From the IMG/VR virus record IMGVR_UViG_3300022921_000003: DNA of 64,000 nucleotides. The stretch is one strand, 5' to 3'. Made by a program: the position numbers and the translations under genes. Every line of letters starts with the position of its first letter. Within the stretch, counting starts at the first letter, position 1. This document shows positions 1 through 9,819 of this stretch, piece by piece. Source of the DNA: an uncultured virus (IMG/VR IMGVR_UViG_3300022921_000003) (taxonomy: Duplodnaviria > Heunggongvirae > Uroviricota > Caudoviricetes). Under the pieces are notes generated by a model. That model did no database searches. It was not told where the DNA came from and was given only the letters and a program-made list of their open reading frames with translations.

Positions 1-251
1 ATAATATACTTCTTGGGTGAACCCCATACGTCTTTCGCATTAACTCGAATGAATCTTTTGTTTGTTTCTTGTTCGTTGGGATTAGGAATAGTCAACATGA
101 CATTCTTACCCTTCAACCAAGCATTTCTTTTGTTAGTTGTCATCTGCAATAGAGTCGTATCATTACGAACTGCATTGAGTAGTTTCTTGTTCACATTTGA
201 ACCCTCTCCCTTAGATACTTGGTGGGCTCTTTGCTTCTTCCTCTTAGCCAT
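1..251 (-). CDS. Hypothetical basic phage protein (partial, runs off window start)
   Basis: Hand-translated from ATG at 251: MAKRKKQRAHQVSKGEGSNVNKK...VWGSPKKYI, with no stop before the window edge; overlaps the stop of the upstream Usg-like gene. Confidence 0.7.
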   Translation of the reverse strand, partial: MAKRKKQRAHQVSKGEGSNVNKKLLNAVRNDTTLLQMTTNKRNAWLKGKNVMLTIPNPNEQETNKRFIRVNAKDVWGSPKKYI

Positions 252-480
252 TAATAATCTCCTTCACTGGCCTGTATGATGTATCATACTCATCGCATAA
301 AAGAACTTCTGATATAACTGCATCAATGTTCTCATGCCAAAAATTTAAAAACTTGTGTACTCTTGGATAGTCTGGTTTAACATCCTGTGTCTGCCAAATA
401 AACTCTTGCAGAATGTCCTTATAATCAGGCATCCAATAAAGTATATTTAGTGTGACTATAGATTTTCTTTTTAGTATCAT
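244..480 (-). CDS. Usg-like family protein
   Basis: ILYWMPDY...LQEFIWQ..D..PDYPR..KFLNFW...IDA matches the alphaproteobacterial Usg-like pattern. Confidence 0.75.
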   Translation of the reverse strand: MILKRKSIVTLNILYWMPDYKDILQEFIWQTQDVKPDYPRVHKFLNFWHENIDAVISEVLLCDEYDTSYRPVKEIING

Positions 481-1742
481 GTTGATGGGCCTGGGTCATA
501 ATTTTCTAGATACTGATACTCTATGATTGCAGCATAACCACCAAATGCTTTGTTGCCTTTCTCGTTAACCAGAAACCTTCCTGGCCCAAATACACCATCT
601 TGTACAGATTCAGGGAATCGTCCAAAACATCGAAACGTGCCTTTTATGTTGAGAATTTCATTATCAACAGCAACAATATTGCCGGGGTGATCTTCCAACA
701 ATGATCCCGGCATAGAGAATATCAATTCTTTCCCATTAATTTTTACGTTTTGAGAACCTGTACCACCCGCATCTGTCTTTATCCACAAATACATATGTGG
801 TCCGTAATAACTATTATAATGTGTACCGATAATTTTTTGATTAGTCGAACCTTCCTCTGGTACTACGAGAGCATTTTTCATATTATCTCCAAGGTATAAA
901 GAAATAGCAACCATGCCTGTTGGTTCATTCTTTAATGTAACTTTCAATGCGAATAGTTCACCAAAGTTCCCATCTTTACCAAGTTTTGTTATTTGAGACA
1001 AACTAAATTTTTCTAATCTTTTTGATTTTCTATTGGTCATACCCCCGTCAGGAGTAAAGGTTTTTCCTGATCCGGGCTGAACAACTTTTGCCTCTCCTCC
1101 TGATGGAGTCTTAATTGTTTTTTCTGCCTTTACAACTTTTATCGCACCTCTATCCTCAGTTGGTGCTTGATTAGAAACCGCATAAGATTCTACCTTTGCT
1201 TTATTTTCTGTAACTGTCTTACTAACGGTTGCATTCTGTGTTACAGTAGACACAGTTTCCGTTTCTGGTGCAACTGCTGCCTGCAAAACGTTTGTTGCTT
1301 TCTCTGTTGCTGGATTTGTACTACCCGCTTCCTTTTCAATGTTAGGAACCACATTACAGATATTACCACCAGAGGTAATTGCAGATAGTCCATCACTGAC
1401 CAGTGTACCCAAATCCTTACCCGCAGCCTCAAGGTCTGCACCAAACTCTTTTGTAATTGTTGCAAGAGAAGATAGATATGCGGGTGTGCCTGGTATAAGT
1501 TCAGACAATGCTTTAATTTCTGCCTGTAGATTTAGTTTTGGTAGTTGTGGAATCTCAATAGACTGCAATTTTGCAGTTAATGTGTTAAGTTCATTCTGTG
1601 CAGATGCAAATGCACCGGCTGCTTCAGATGCTGCAGCATCAATCTTTGATTCAATATCTGCTGCAGCCTCGTCCAACTTCTTGAACAAATCGTTCATCTC
1701 TGGACTTGCACCACATAGATTTGAATTTGCAAAATCTACCAT
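477..1742 (-). CDS. Hypothetical protein, probably virion/baseplate associated
   Basis: 421-aa ORF directly downstream of gp5, with SD AGGAG; Ala-rich helical N-terminus. Confidence 0.6.
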   Translation of the reverse strand: MVDFANSNLCGASPEMNDLFKKLDEAAADIESKIDAAASEAAGAFASAQNELNTLTAKLQSIEIPQLPKLNLQAEIKALSELIPGTPAYLSSLATITKEFGADLEAAGKDLGTLVSDGLSAITSGGNICNVVPNIEKEAGSTNPATEKATNVLQAAVAPETETVSTVTQNATVSKTVTENKAKVESYAVSNQAPTEDRGAIKVVKAEKTIKTPSGGEAKVVQPGSGKTFTPDGGMTNRKSKRLEKFSLSQITKLGKDGNFGELFALKVTLKNEPTGMVAISLYLGDNMKNALVVPEEGSTNQKIIGTHYNSYYGPHMYLWIKTDAGGTGSQNVKINGKELIFSMPGSLLEDHPGNIVAVDNEILNIKGTFRCFGRFPESVQDGVFGPGRFLVNEKGNKAFGGYAAIIEYQYLENYDPGPST

Positions 1743-1751
1743 CGTTTACTC

Positions 1752-3353
1752 CTATGCCACGGGTGCGTCAGTGTTAACCTCAGAATCACCATCAGAATCA
1801 GCACCCTGAGAGTGAACGTGAGTAGTGAGAGATATGTTTGTTGAACCACCATTCTTTGCAGTAACTTCACTACCAGCACCCTGTAGGTCTATAGTACCGA
1901 CACCTGTAGATGTATGGTTCCAAGTTGTTCCTGTAGTTGAAGTCCATGCCGTACCAACGGTTTGCGTAAGTGTTGTCTCTGGATTGATGGTCATTGCAGA
2001 TGCAGACTTCATGTTTAGTGTGGACCCTGACTTGATTGATACAATGCCAGAGATGGTTGACTGTGAAAGGTTACCACTTACGTCAAGCAGATAGTCTTTC
2101 GATGTTTTGATGTGAACACCACGTTCACTTTCGTTGGAGTCCATCTTCTTACCATCAACAGACAGTTTCCATTGACCGCCGACAACCTCAACACTAGACT
2201 TCTCTTTGGAAACAATCGTGTCACCACCGATACGTCCCTTTACATCGTCTTTGATGTTGTATGCATGGTTACCGACAATCTCTTCCTCACGGTTACCACC
2301 TATAGGCTCACCAGTGTTTGGATCAGACTTTGCACCAACCTTAATTCTTTCGTTGCCGTGTATCTTTCTATAGAAGTCACCTTCGACTTCCAGTATGTAA
2401 TCACCCTTGATAAGTTGACGAACAGAACCCTCTACAGTGATATTCTGTGAACCCTTGATGACAATGTTCTCACTACCGATAACAATCTCATAGTTGTCAC
2501 CGATAATCTTGGTGACCATATCACCATTTGGATGAATCTCTTCAAATGTTCCTGACATGTGTTGACGGAACAGACGTTCTGCGCCTGGACTGTCATCAAT
2601 CTCTGTAATGTGTCCAGACTCAGATTCAAATACATGGTTGTATGGATACACACCAGAGATATATGGATTTGCATCTTCAACAATACCCTTTGGGTGTGGT
2701 TCTTCCCAGAATCCTCTTGTCTCTGCTTCTGCGGCGTCAGATACACTTGCAAGATTTGGTTTGGTTGCAGTAGGGATACCTGTAGCATCTGCTTTGTCTT
2801 TGACTATTTTTGCAAAATCAGGATCGCCACGCAATCTACTTAATCTACGAGTGGAAAGAGATAGATGTTCTTCAGAGGCAGCACCTCTAGCAAGACGACT
2901 CGTATCTGATTCTCCTACATCATGTCCAGAGTGTCCTATATTGCCTGGATATGGACCAAGTTTTGGTTGAAACTTATAGGGAGTTTGTGGTGATGATGGT
3001 GACCTTGGATCACTAAACCCTTCTGCTGGATTTGCTTCTTCTTGTGGTGTGCCAGGAAGAGAACCGATAATCAGTGGTTGTTGAAACTCATTGTCACGAA
3101 AGAACCCTACAACCCATGCACCTTCAACTAACCATGAAGGTGTAGAACCCAATCCTTGCATGGATGGGTCTGTTACAGGGTGCATGACATGTGACCAAGG
3201 CAAATCAGCCGTGGGGAGTGCAACAACATCCTCAGTATGATAACCAAGGCATCGCACTCTCACACGGCCGACTTGTTCTGGATCATTTCGGTCTTCGACA
3301 ACGCCGACAAACCAGTTGAATCCATCACGTCCCATGAAATAACTATTCTGCAT
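1752..3353 (-). CDS. gp5: Baseplate hub/spike protein gp5-like (no lysozyme domain)
   Basis: N-terminal OB-fold WFVGVVEDRNDP..GRVRVR; YPYNHVFESESGHITEIDDSPGAER; VxG beta-helix repeats; late promoter TATAAATA at 3359-3366. Confidence 0.9.
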   Translation of the reverse strand: MQNSYFMGRDGFNWFVGVVEDRNDPEQVGRVRVRCLGYHTEDVVALPTADLPWSHVMHPVTDPSMQGLGSTPSWLVEGAWVVGFFRDNEFQQPLIIGSLPGTPQEEANPAEGFSDPRSPSSPQTPYKFQPKLGPYPGNIGHSGHDVGESDTSRLARGAASEEHLSLSTRRLSRLRGDPDFAKIVKDKADATGIPTATKPNLASVSDAAEAETRGFWEEPHPKGIVEDANPYISGVYPYNHVFESESGHITEIDDSPGAERLFRQHMSGTFEEIHPNGDMVTKIIGDNYEIVIGSENIVIKGSQNITVEGSVRQLIKGDYILEVEGDFYRKIHGNERIKVGAKSDPNTGEPIGGNREEEIVGNHAYNIKDDVKGRIGGDTIVSKEKSSVEVVGGQWKLSVDGKKMDSNESERGVHIKTSKDYLLDVSGNLSQSTISGIVSIKSGSTLNMKSASAMTINPETTLTQTVGTAWTSTTGTTWNHTSTGVGTIDLQGAGSEVTAKNGGSTNISLTTHVHSQGADSDGDSEVNTDAPVA

Positions 3354-3370
3354 GGAACTATTTATAACAG

Positions 3371-3541
3371 TTAATGTAGGTCTGGGTCGCGTCCGTAGCG
3401 TTTCTCTACGGTACTCCAGTTGTACCTAAGTACTTCAAGTTTCTTGTCTGGATTTTGCATCTGTAATTGTTGAAGAACCTCGCCGGCTTCATCTTTTTCC
3501 AGATGTTCTACCATCGTAGACACGATTTTATACTTTTCCAT
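3371..3541 (-). CDS. Small hypothetical protein
   Basis: ORF ending GRDPDLH; SD AGGAG precedes ATG at 3541. Confidence 0.6.
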   Translation of the reverse strand: MEKYKIVSTMVEHLEKDEAGEVLQQLQMQNPDKKLEVLRYNWSTVEKRYGRDPDLH

Positions 3542-3563
3542 GATTAACTCCTTTATCAATTGA

Positions 3564-4178
3564 TTAGTGATCTTTAATCATCGGTTTTGAAATAATCAAA
3601 TGTGTTCTTTCGGGTCCACAGTTAACAAAAGTGTGTAGAATTGTAGTATCAACCTCATAGAGAAAACCGTCAGCAGGTATGTGAATTACTTCATTCAACG
3701 TAGGAAAAACAAAGTAAGCATTTGGGTTGGTTATAAGGGCCGCATGATAACGAGGAGAGTTGTCCCTATGAACAGAATATGATGTGCAAGGATTCATATG
3801 CATAATTCTAGCACGTTCACCGTCCACATCATGTATCATATCAGCAAAAACTGTACCCTCGTAAATTTCATTTAGTGTTCTGAAATCTGACTGATTTACT
3901 ATAAATCTTTTCTGATAATACTGATATGCACCATCATTCGAATGCCATTTACCATCAGTCCAATCTACATCCGCACCTAGACCATCTGTATATTGATTAC
4001 CTATAGACTTTTCCCTGCGTTGTACACAAGTCTGTAGGTTTTGTCCTTTTTCGAATTTATGACTGTCATACAATTTACTTCCTAAACGAGATTGTATACG
4101 TTCCCATTCAACTAGACATCTATCTAGATCATAGGAATGATTTGTCTTTTTGATGGGCATGGTTAGATATTTAGACAT
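3564..4178 (-). CDS. Asp/Asn beta-hydroxylase-like 2OG-Fe(II) oxygenase
   Basis: HxD (HRD), distal H (LHTFVN) and R (ERTHL) in double-stranded beta-helix spacing. Confidence 0.7.
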   Translation of the reverse strand: MSKYLTMPIKKTNHSYDLDRCLVEWERIQSRLGSKLYDSHKFEKGQNLQTCVQRREKSIGNQYTDGLGADVDWTDGKWHSNDGAYQYYQKRFIVNQSDFRTLNEIYEGTVFADMIHDVDGERARIMHMNPCTSYSVHRDNSPRYHAALITNPNAYFVFPTLNEVIHIPADGFLYEVDTTILHTFVNCGPERTHLIISKPMIKDH

Positions 4179-4215
4179 TTATTCATATTACCAAATAAAA
4201 TATAATAAGTCAAGG

Positions 4216-5268
4216 TCACTTCACAATTAAGTTATCTTTATAGATACTTTTCAAACCAAGTGCTTCTGTATTGAACTTGACTAGATTACGAAGTGACTTT
4301 TCAGTAATAAATGTCATTAGAACGTCTCGTTGTCGGTTTCCATCGACACCAATCTTCCATTCATACTTACCAACCTTCTTCTGGATATTGGCAATCGCAG
4401 TAGCATCTTTACTCATTGCGGTAAGTGCATCCTGCAACTTCTTTGCGTTGGGATTATCTTTACGCACCCAAAGAGCCTTTTGCATACCATCTCTAAAACT
4501 TTTTACGAGTTTATATGCATCATAAAACTCACCACTTGGTGCAACACCGTACTTATTTTTGAACAAAATCTCAAACTGCATATTGGGATAATTTGGATCA
4601 TCCATATGTGATGCACTGTTTGCGTCTAGAATACCATGTGTAAACCACACTCTAGCATCTGGATTTGATGCAACATGTTTCTTGTATGCGGCAGGATTCT
4701 CTCTTGTACCATTCAGTTCACCACGTTTGAATGCTAGACGCCGTTCACCTCCACTCATACCTGATACCCAAGTAACATTTTTCTTAAAACATTCAATATA
4801 CTGATCTACACTCAAATCAGGTCCACACAATAACATTGTCATTGCAAATGCCTCAGGCACCATTCCAGAACCAGCGGCAAATGAAATCTTATCCCCTGAT
4901 TTGTAATCCTTGCGAATACCCGCAATGATATTCAAGTTCATAAGTCCAATGCTGGTATAGTCTGCATAATTGTAATCAACGTTCTCTTGCAGAAATGAAA
5001 CACCATTCCCACCATGAGACACCATTACAGTCTTATCGTCTTTCTGTAGGTCATTATGAAACTTATTGAAGCCGGGAATATCTCTTGCGCCTGGAATGGT
5101 TTTAATAATAATTTTTTCACCAAGGAAGGGGGCAAGTTCTTTAGCAACGATTTCAGTCCATACAGTGGTTCCGCCGCCGGGTTTTTGTGGAACAACAAAT
5201 GTATAATCCGCACTTGCTGTCGAAGTCATTCCTAGCACCATGGCTAGACTCATTACTAGTTTATGCAT
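4216..5268 (-). CDS. tctC: Tripartite tricarboxylate transporter substrate-binding protein (TctC/Bug family)
   Basis: Signal peptide; FVVPQKPGGGT and IPGA motifs; adjacent to tctA. Confidence 0.75.
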   Translation of the reverse strand: MHKLVMSLAMVLGMTSTASADYTFVVPQKPGGGTTVWTEIVAKELAPFLGEKIIIKTIPGARDIPGFNKFHNDLQKDDKTVMVSHGGNGVSFLQENVDYNYADYTSIGLMNLNIIAGIRKDYKSGDKISFAAGSGMVPEAFAMTMLLCGPDLSVDQYIECFKKNVTWVSGMSGGERRLAFKRGELNGTRENPAAYKKHVASNPDARVWFTHGILDANSASHMDDPNYPNMQFEILFKNKYGVAPSGEFYDAYKLVKSFRDGMQKALWVRKDNPNAKKLQDALTAMSKDATAIANIQKKVGKYEWKIGVDGNRQRDVLMTFITEKSLRNLVKFNTEALGLKSIYKDNLIVK

Positions 5269-6706
5269 AACTTAATCTCCTTTTTGTGGTTATACCCCAA
5301 GCAAATACACCTGTAGTTAATAGTAAAAGTATAACAAATATTGGTCTTGTGACCAGTTGTTCAATAGAATACAAACTCGTCACTTGTAGTGTTAGAGCCT
5401 CTACACGCTCTGCTAGTATAAATCCAATTACCATTGCAGGACGACTGAATTTATATTTCTTACACAGTATGCCTAGAATACTGCACACTGCAAGAATAAA
5501 ATAATCTTCCCATCCACCTGTATATTGAACACATGCCCAAGTAATGAACACAATCAACAGGGGGAAATAATACTTGTATGGCACACGAGTGATGGCACTG
5601 ATGTATCGTGTAAACAACAAACAGAACACACCAACCAGAACAGTTGCCCACATAAACCCAAATGTTAGACTGTCAAAGAAACGTTCGTCCTGTGCTAAGT
5701 CTGGTGTACCCAGTTCAAATCCCAAATACATAAACAATGCCATGATCACCGCTGCGAATGGTGCGCCGGGGATACCAAACAACACAGTAGGAATCATTGA
5801 TGTTGCCTTCTGTGCATTGTTTGCACCCTCTGGTCCAATAACACCTTTGATATTTCCATCACCAAACTTTTCTTTAGGGTGTGCTGCAACAGTTGACCCA
5901 TATGCCATCCAATCCGACATTGCTCCACCAAGTCCAGGCAGTAAACCAACGAACGCACCTATGAAGCCACCACGCAATGCATCCCACTTACTATTCCATA
6001 CAGCCTTCACACCCGCTATTGTTTGACCAAGTTGATCTACACTGTTCACGGTTTTACGTCTACGTTTCAATCCATCTACAAGTTCTGGAATAGCAAACAA
6101 CCCTGCAACAAAAGGCATTAGTTGTATACCATTACCCAAATAATCCCAACCTAATGTATAACGGTCAGCATTTGTTGCAGGGTCAGTACCAATAAGTCCC
6201 AAACCAATCCCAACTACAATCGCAATCAAACTACGAACCCACCAAGTACTTGACACAAAACCAACAGTCGCAAGTGCAAGCATGGTAAACGCCCACAGTT
6301 CTGGTATGCCCAAGATCATTAACAGGTTTGTGTACCAAGGTAATAGTGCAAAGGTGAGTGTTCCCCAGAGTAAACCATTCACAGTGCTGGTTGTCACTGC
6401 GGCAGTTATTGCGTAGGTTGCTTGACCCTTTTGTGCTAGAGGAAACCCGTCTACCATCGTAGCAGCAGCACTGTTTGCGCCGGGTATTCCAAGAAGAACA
6501 CCTGTATAAGTGTCACCTGTTGTAGAGGCGGCAACGACGGCCATACAGAATATCACACCCAAGTAAGGTTGATCGGCAAAATAACTAATAAATCCAAACA
6601 ACGCTACAAGGCCAGTGGTCGCACCAGCACTTGGAATGATACCTATTAAGAGTCCGTATAATGTTCCTGCTACAAGAGCATAAATTTCATGCATAGAAAT
6701 ACACAA
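5261..6706 (-). CDS. tctA: Tripartite tricarboxylate transporter permease TctA
   Basis: Multi-TM protein; LLGIPG...AATMVDGFPLA, GLLPGLG, PEGANNA and LFGIPG motifs; start codon uncertain (TTG 6706 or ATG 6694/6690). Confidence 0.9.
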   Translation of the reverse strand: MCISMHEIYALVAGTLYGLLIGIIPSAGATTGLVALFGFISYFADQPYLGVIFCMAVVAASTTGDTYTGVLLGIPGANSAAATMVDGFPLAQKGQATYAITAAVTTSTVNGLLWGTLTFALLPWYTNLLMILGIPELWAFTMLALATVGFVSSTWWVRSLIAIVVGIGLGLIGTDPATNADRYTLGWDYLGNGIQLMPFVAGLFAIPELVDGLKRRRKTVNSVDQLGQTIAGVKAVWNSKWDALRGGFIGAFVGLLPGLGGAMSDWMAYGSTVAAHPKEKFGDGNIKGVIGPEGANNAQKATSMIPTVLFGIPGAPFAAVIMALFMYLGFELGTPDLAQDERFFDSLTFGFMWATVLVGVFCLLFTRYISAITRVPYKYYFPLLIVFITWACVQYTGGWEDYFILAVCSILGILCKKYKFSRPAMVIGFILAERVEALTLQVTSLYSIEQLVTRPIFVILLLLTTGVFAWGITTKRRLSYA

Positions 6707-6792
6707 CAGGCATTGATGCCTGCGAATCCTTTCAAATTTGTGGGGGAAACACTTCTGAACTTCACGCTATGTCCGTTAGAAATGTTGTACTT

Positions 6793-7497
6793 CTATTTAG
6801 TACGCCACACAAAGTAGATTCGACCTCTATGACTGTCTGTTTTTATATCTAAGATGTCTACGTTAAGTTGTTCAGCACAATTAACAATGAAGTTTGCATC
6901 CCAAGGGTAAAAGTAAATCCAGTTGCTGTGATTTTTACTACCCACAGGTCTGTCTGCTTCATCATGTGGTAGGCCGGGATTGACACGAAAGAACATAACA
7001 GCGCCGGGATTACACAAACTTACTGCATGTTCAAGTTCTGCAAATACTTTATCAGTGCTACCAAAATTAATACTACCCAGTGCAAGCGTAGCATCATACT
7101 TTTCGTCTGGATGGTAATCCAACAGTTTCACTTGCAAGTCCGCTGCATTGTTATATGGATCAATACCAATTAGGTTATGAATCTTACCTTTGAATTCATG
7201 ATAACCACAACCAATATCCAATACACGTTTGGGATTTAAACTGTTTACCTCATCAATAAGTTTCAGTCCACTGTACTTGTACTTCTTCATTTCAGCTTGC
7301 CAGTGATTTCGAAAGTAGTTATCAAGCACCTTGTCATCTATCTGATCGACAAGTTCTCCCATATGTGAGTATTCAATTTGATCCAGTTCAATATCAAAGG
7401 TACTCTGTATAGCGTGTCTTAGTGTATTGGGTTGACGCAATAACTGTGGACTAACATGTATTAGTTGTTCAAGCTTGTTTAGAATTTTATGATTCAT
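6793..7497 (-). CDS. Class I SAM-dependent methyltransferase
   Basis: VLDIGCG motif I, GIDP, YDATLALGSINF. Confidence 0.8.
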   Translation of the reverse strand: MNHKILNKLEQLIHVSPQLLRQPNTLRHAIQSTFDIELDQIEYSHMGELVDQIDDKVLDNYFRNHWQAEMKKYKYSGLKLIDEVNSLNPKRVLDIGCGYHEFKGKIHNLIGIDPYNNAADLQVKLLDYHPDEKYDATLALGSINFGSTDKVFAELEHAVSLCNPGAVMFFRVNPGLPHDEADRPVGSKNHSNWIYFYPWDANFIVNCAEQLNVDILDIKTDSHRGRIYFVWRTK

Positions 7498-8035
7498 TCA
7501 TTTCCCCATAAGTTGCAAGGAATACATCACTGTGATGGACATCCTGCTTCCACGATAGCATATGCTTTTGTCCAAAGTCGAGTATTAATTTATTCTGTTG
7601 TGCAATTTCTTTTCTCATACCGTTCTCGTCACCATACCAATCATAGTTAGGATACGATATGTCAAATCCACCCGCTTGCATCCACCAATCGAAACTGGTT
7701 TCATCAGGACGGTACACAAGTTGTATCAATGCGTCGGGATATCGTTTGATAATCTCGTCAAAGTGATAAACCCACTCATGACTCATGAGTAACATCGTTC
7801 CAGTTTTGTCTTGAAACGGTGCAGTCAGGTTATCATAATTCAAATTGGTGTCAAACTCCATTCCTGTGCCGAAATAACTGTCCATATGACCACCATAATC
7901 TCCATGACGATACACACGATGCGGTGCTCTATCAGTGGTGTTGTATTGCAACTCTTTCTTTAGACGTTGTGCCACACCACTCCATCTACTGCCAGGAACA
8001 CCTGTAAAGAATATCAGTTTTTCATTCACAACCAT
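7487..8035 (-). CDS. P-loop/sulfotransferase-like protein
   Basis: N-terminal IFFTGVPGSRWS motif; likely start ATG 8035. Confidence 0.5.
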   Translation of the reverse strand: MVVNEKLIFFTGVPGSRWSGVAQRLKKELQYNTTDRAPHRVYRHGDYGGHMDSYFGTGMEFDTNLNYDNLTAPFQDKTGTMLLMSHEWVYHFDEIIKRYPDALIQLVYRPDETSFDWWMQAGGFDISYPNYDWYGDENGMRKEIAQQNKLILDFGQKHMLSWKQDVHHSDVFLATYGEMNES

Positions 8036-8729
8036 CTGGAACCTCAAATTTTCTGTAACCATTTTCATTATAGTCACACCAACTCTGCTCAACGAGCATC
8101 AACCACTCATCCTCTCTATGAGCATGCTCTGGAAAAGGACAGGAATCACTGAGAAACAGATCATCGTAATGCAACAGAGTTCTGTCATTTGTCATTTCAA
8201 TGAACTTACTCCGTGCAGGGGTTGAATTGAATCGTTTAAAGATTTCTGTTGGACCACCTTGAAAGGCTTCTTCCAGACTTAACTGTTTCAGAAACGTTTG
8301 GTTTGAACTTCTTACATCATTTTCTGTGATACCACCATGTTTATAATCATTTTTCAATACCCGCTCAATAAAGATTGTGACATAATGCTTTGGTTCGAAC
8401 TTCAAGGATATGATTTCATAATCATACTTCTTCAATAGGTCAATATACTCTGAATAGAGTACATTTTCTGTTCCTTGTATAGTTGTAGGACTGCAACACC
8501 ACAGTGGATGTGCAGGCACATACTCATAAGGATTGACTGACAGAACTTCTTCAAACCGTTCCAAAGTCATATCACTCTCACGAATTAGCTTTAACCAATT
8601 CTCACATTCGAGTGGTTGTGGCTCAGTTTTGTTTGCACGATCAAATGATATGTCGGGTTCAACTCCATTAAGAAATCGAACCGTCATATCACCTTTCGTT
8701 CCACCAACGTATTCAAAGATATACTTCAT
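8022..8729 (-). CDS. Hypothetical protein (possible sulfotransferase-like fold)
   Basis: 235-aa ORF coupled to its neighbours; N-terminal YVGGTKGD glycine loop. Confidence 0.55.
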   Translation of the reverse strand: MKYIFEYVGGTKGDMTVRFLNGVEPDISFDRANKTEPQPLECENWLKLIRESDMTLERFEEVLSVNPYEYVPAHPLWCCSPTTIQGTENVLYSEYIDLLKKYDYEIISLKFEPKHYVTIFIERVLKNDYKHGGITENDVRSSNQTFLKQLSLEEAFQGGPTEIFKRFNSTPARSKFIEMTNDRTLLHYDDLFLSDSCPFPEHAHREDEWLMLVEQSWCDYNENGYRKFEVPDGCE

Positions 8730-8980
8730 TCAGGAATAATCTCAGATGGAAGAATAAAGTCCAGTGAACCACCAGAACCCTCAACTTCGATATAAACCGA
8801 GTCAAGAGACTTACCCTTAATCGGTACATACTTCTTCAGCTTCTTGGAATAGGTAAGAAATACCCCATTTTCCAACTTCACATCATCATACGAGTCCTTA
8901 TCAGAACCAATCGCACAGATTTTCGCGATTTTCGACTCGCCGTATTCACCCACATAGGTCACTACTTCACCGATATTCAT
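8726..8980 (-). CDS. Hypothetical protein
   Basis: 84-aa ORF with SD AGGAG; stop overlaps next start (ATGA). Confidence 0.65.
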   Translation of the reverse strand: MNIGEVVTYVGEYGESKIAKICAIGSDKDSYDDVKLENGVFLTYSKKLKKYVPIKGKSLDSVYIEVEGSGGSLDFILPSEIIPE

Positions 8981-9142
8981 ATTTTCTCTCCTAGAGTTTC
9001 ATAACTAACACAATTAAACCAAACCATACTACACTACCCAACAACAACAGTCCCAATACCACGAAGACTGCTTTCATACTTCTCACAGGATGGCGTATCA
9101 GGTAATACACTGCAAACCCTGTAAGAAGTAATATCAATAATC

Positions 9143-9301
9143 CTACCATAATCCCAATGATCTTCCGTTACCCACTATGATGAACAGACAGGTAACAATA
9201 TGTAGAAGAACCCATGCAGTTCGTATCAGTGCAACCCTGTCTGACTTACGGTTATCAGAGTATGCCTTTGCACCTATTGCTTTACACCAGTAGTTCCACA
9301 T
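9143..9301 (-). CDS. Small membrane protein
   Basis: Hand-translated MWNYWCKAIGAKAYSDNRKSDRVALIRTAWVLLHIVTCLFIIVGNGRSLGLW; one TM segment. Confidence 0.55.
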   Translation of the reverse strand: MWNYWCKAIGAKAYSDNRKSDRVALIRTAWVLLHIVTCLFIIVGNGRSLGLW

Positions 9302-9610
9302 TCATGCTGCTCGACGTGCAATGTCATCATCAATCATTTTGTTCATACCTTCAAGGGTCATGGGATAACCACGCATCTTGAGTATCTTAGCAACCTTGGG
9401 ATTTACATAACCCTTTGTCTCAAGAACCTTCAGAGGAGCCATACCACCATCCAGAAGATCGAAGTACTCATTCACATCGAAGTTATCACGAAGGAACTTC
9501 TTGAATGCAACCATTCCACCATACTTGAACCGTGCAACGAACTTACCATCATACTTGAGGTACATACCGTCATACTTGAAGTTCTTGTTCACAAACTTGG
9601 TCATAGTCAT
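9302..9610 (-). CDS. Hypothetical early protein
   Basis: ATG 9610 downstream of early promoter module. Confidence 0.65.
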   Translation of the reverse strand: MTMTKFVNKNFKYDGMYLKYDGKFVARFKYGGMVAFKKFLRDNFDVNEYFDLLDGGMAPLKVLETKGYVNPKVAKILKMRGYPMTLEGMNKMIDDDIARRAA

Positions 9611-9619
9611 CTCCGTTGT

Positions 9620-9664
9620 TTTCTGAGTATGTCTAATAGTACCATACTCAGAAAGGTTTGTCAA
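9620..9664 (-). promoter_or_regulatory. Sigma70-type early promoter module
   Basis: TTGACA(9659-9664)-17bp-TACTAT followed by TAGACATA. Confidence 0.8.
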
Positions 9665-9819
9665 CAAAATAATGCAGGGAAGTTAAACTAAAAGCCACTC
9701 AGTTTTGGGGGGGGGTGTCTTGGAAATAATCTCAGAAAATATTACTTAGGGAAGTTATTGCATTTATAGATTAGGAACACTCTGTCAGTCTTAAGGGGGG
9801 TATAAGGCATATGCTCAGA

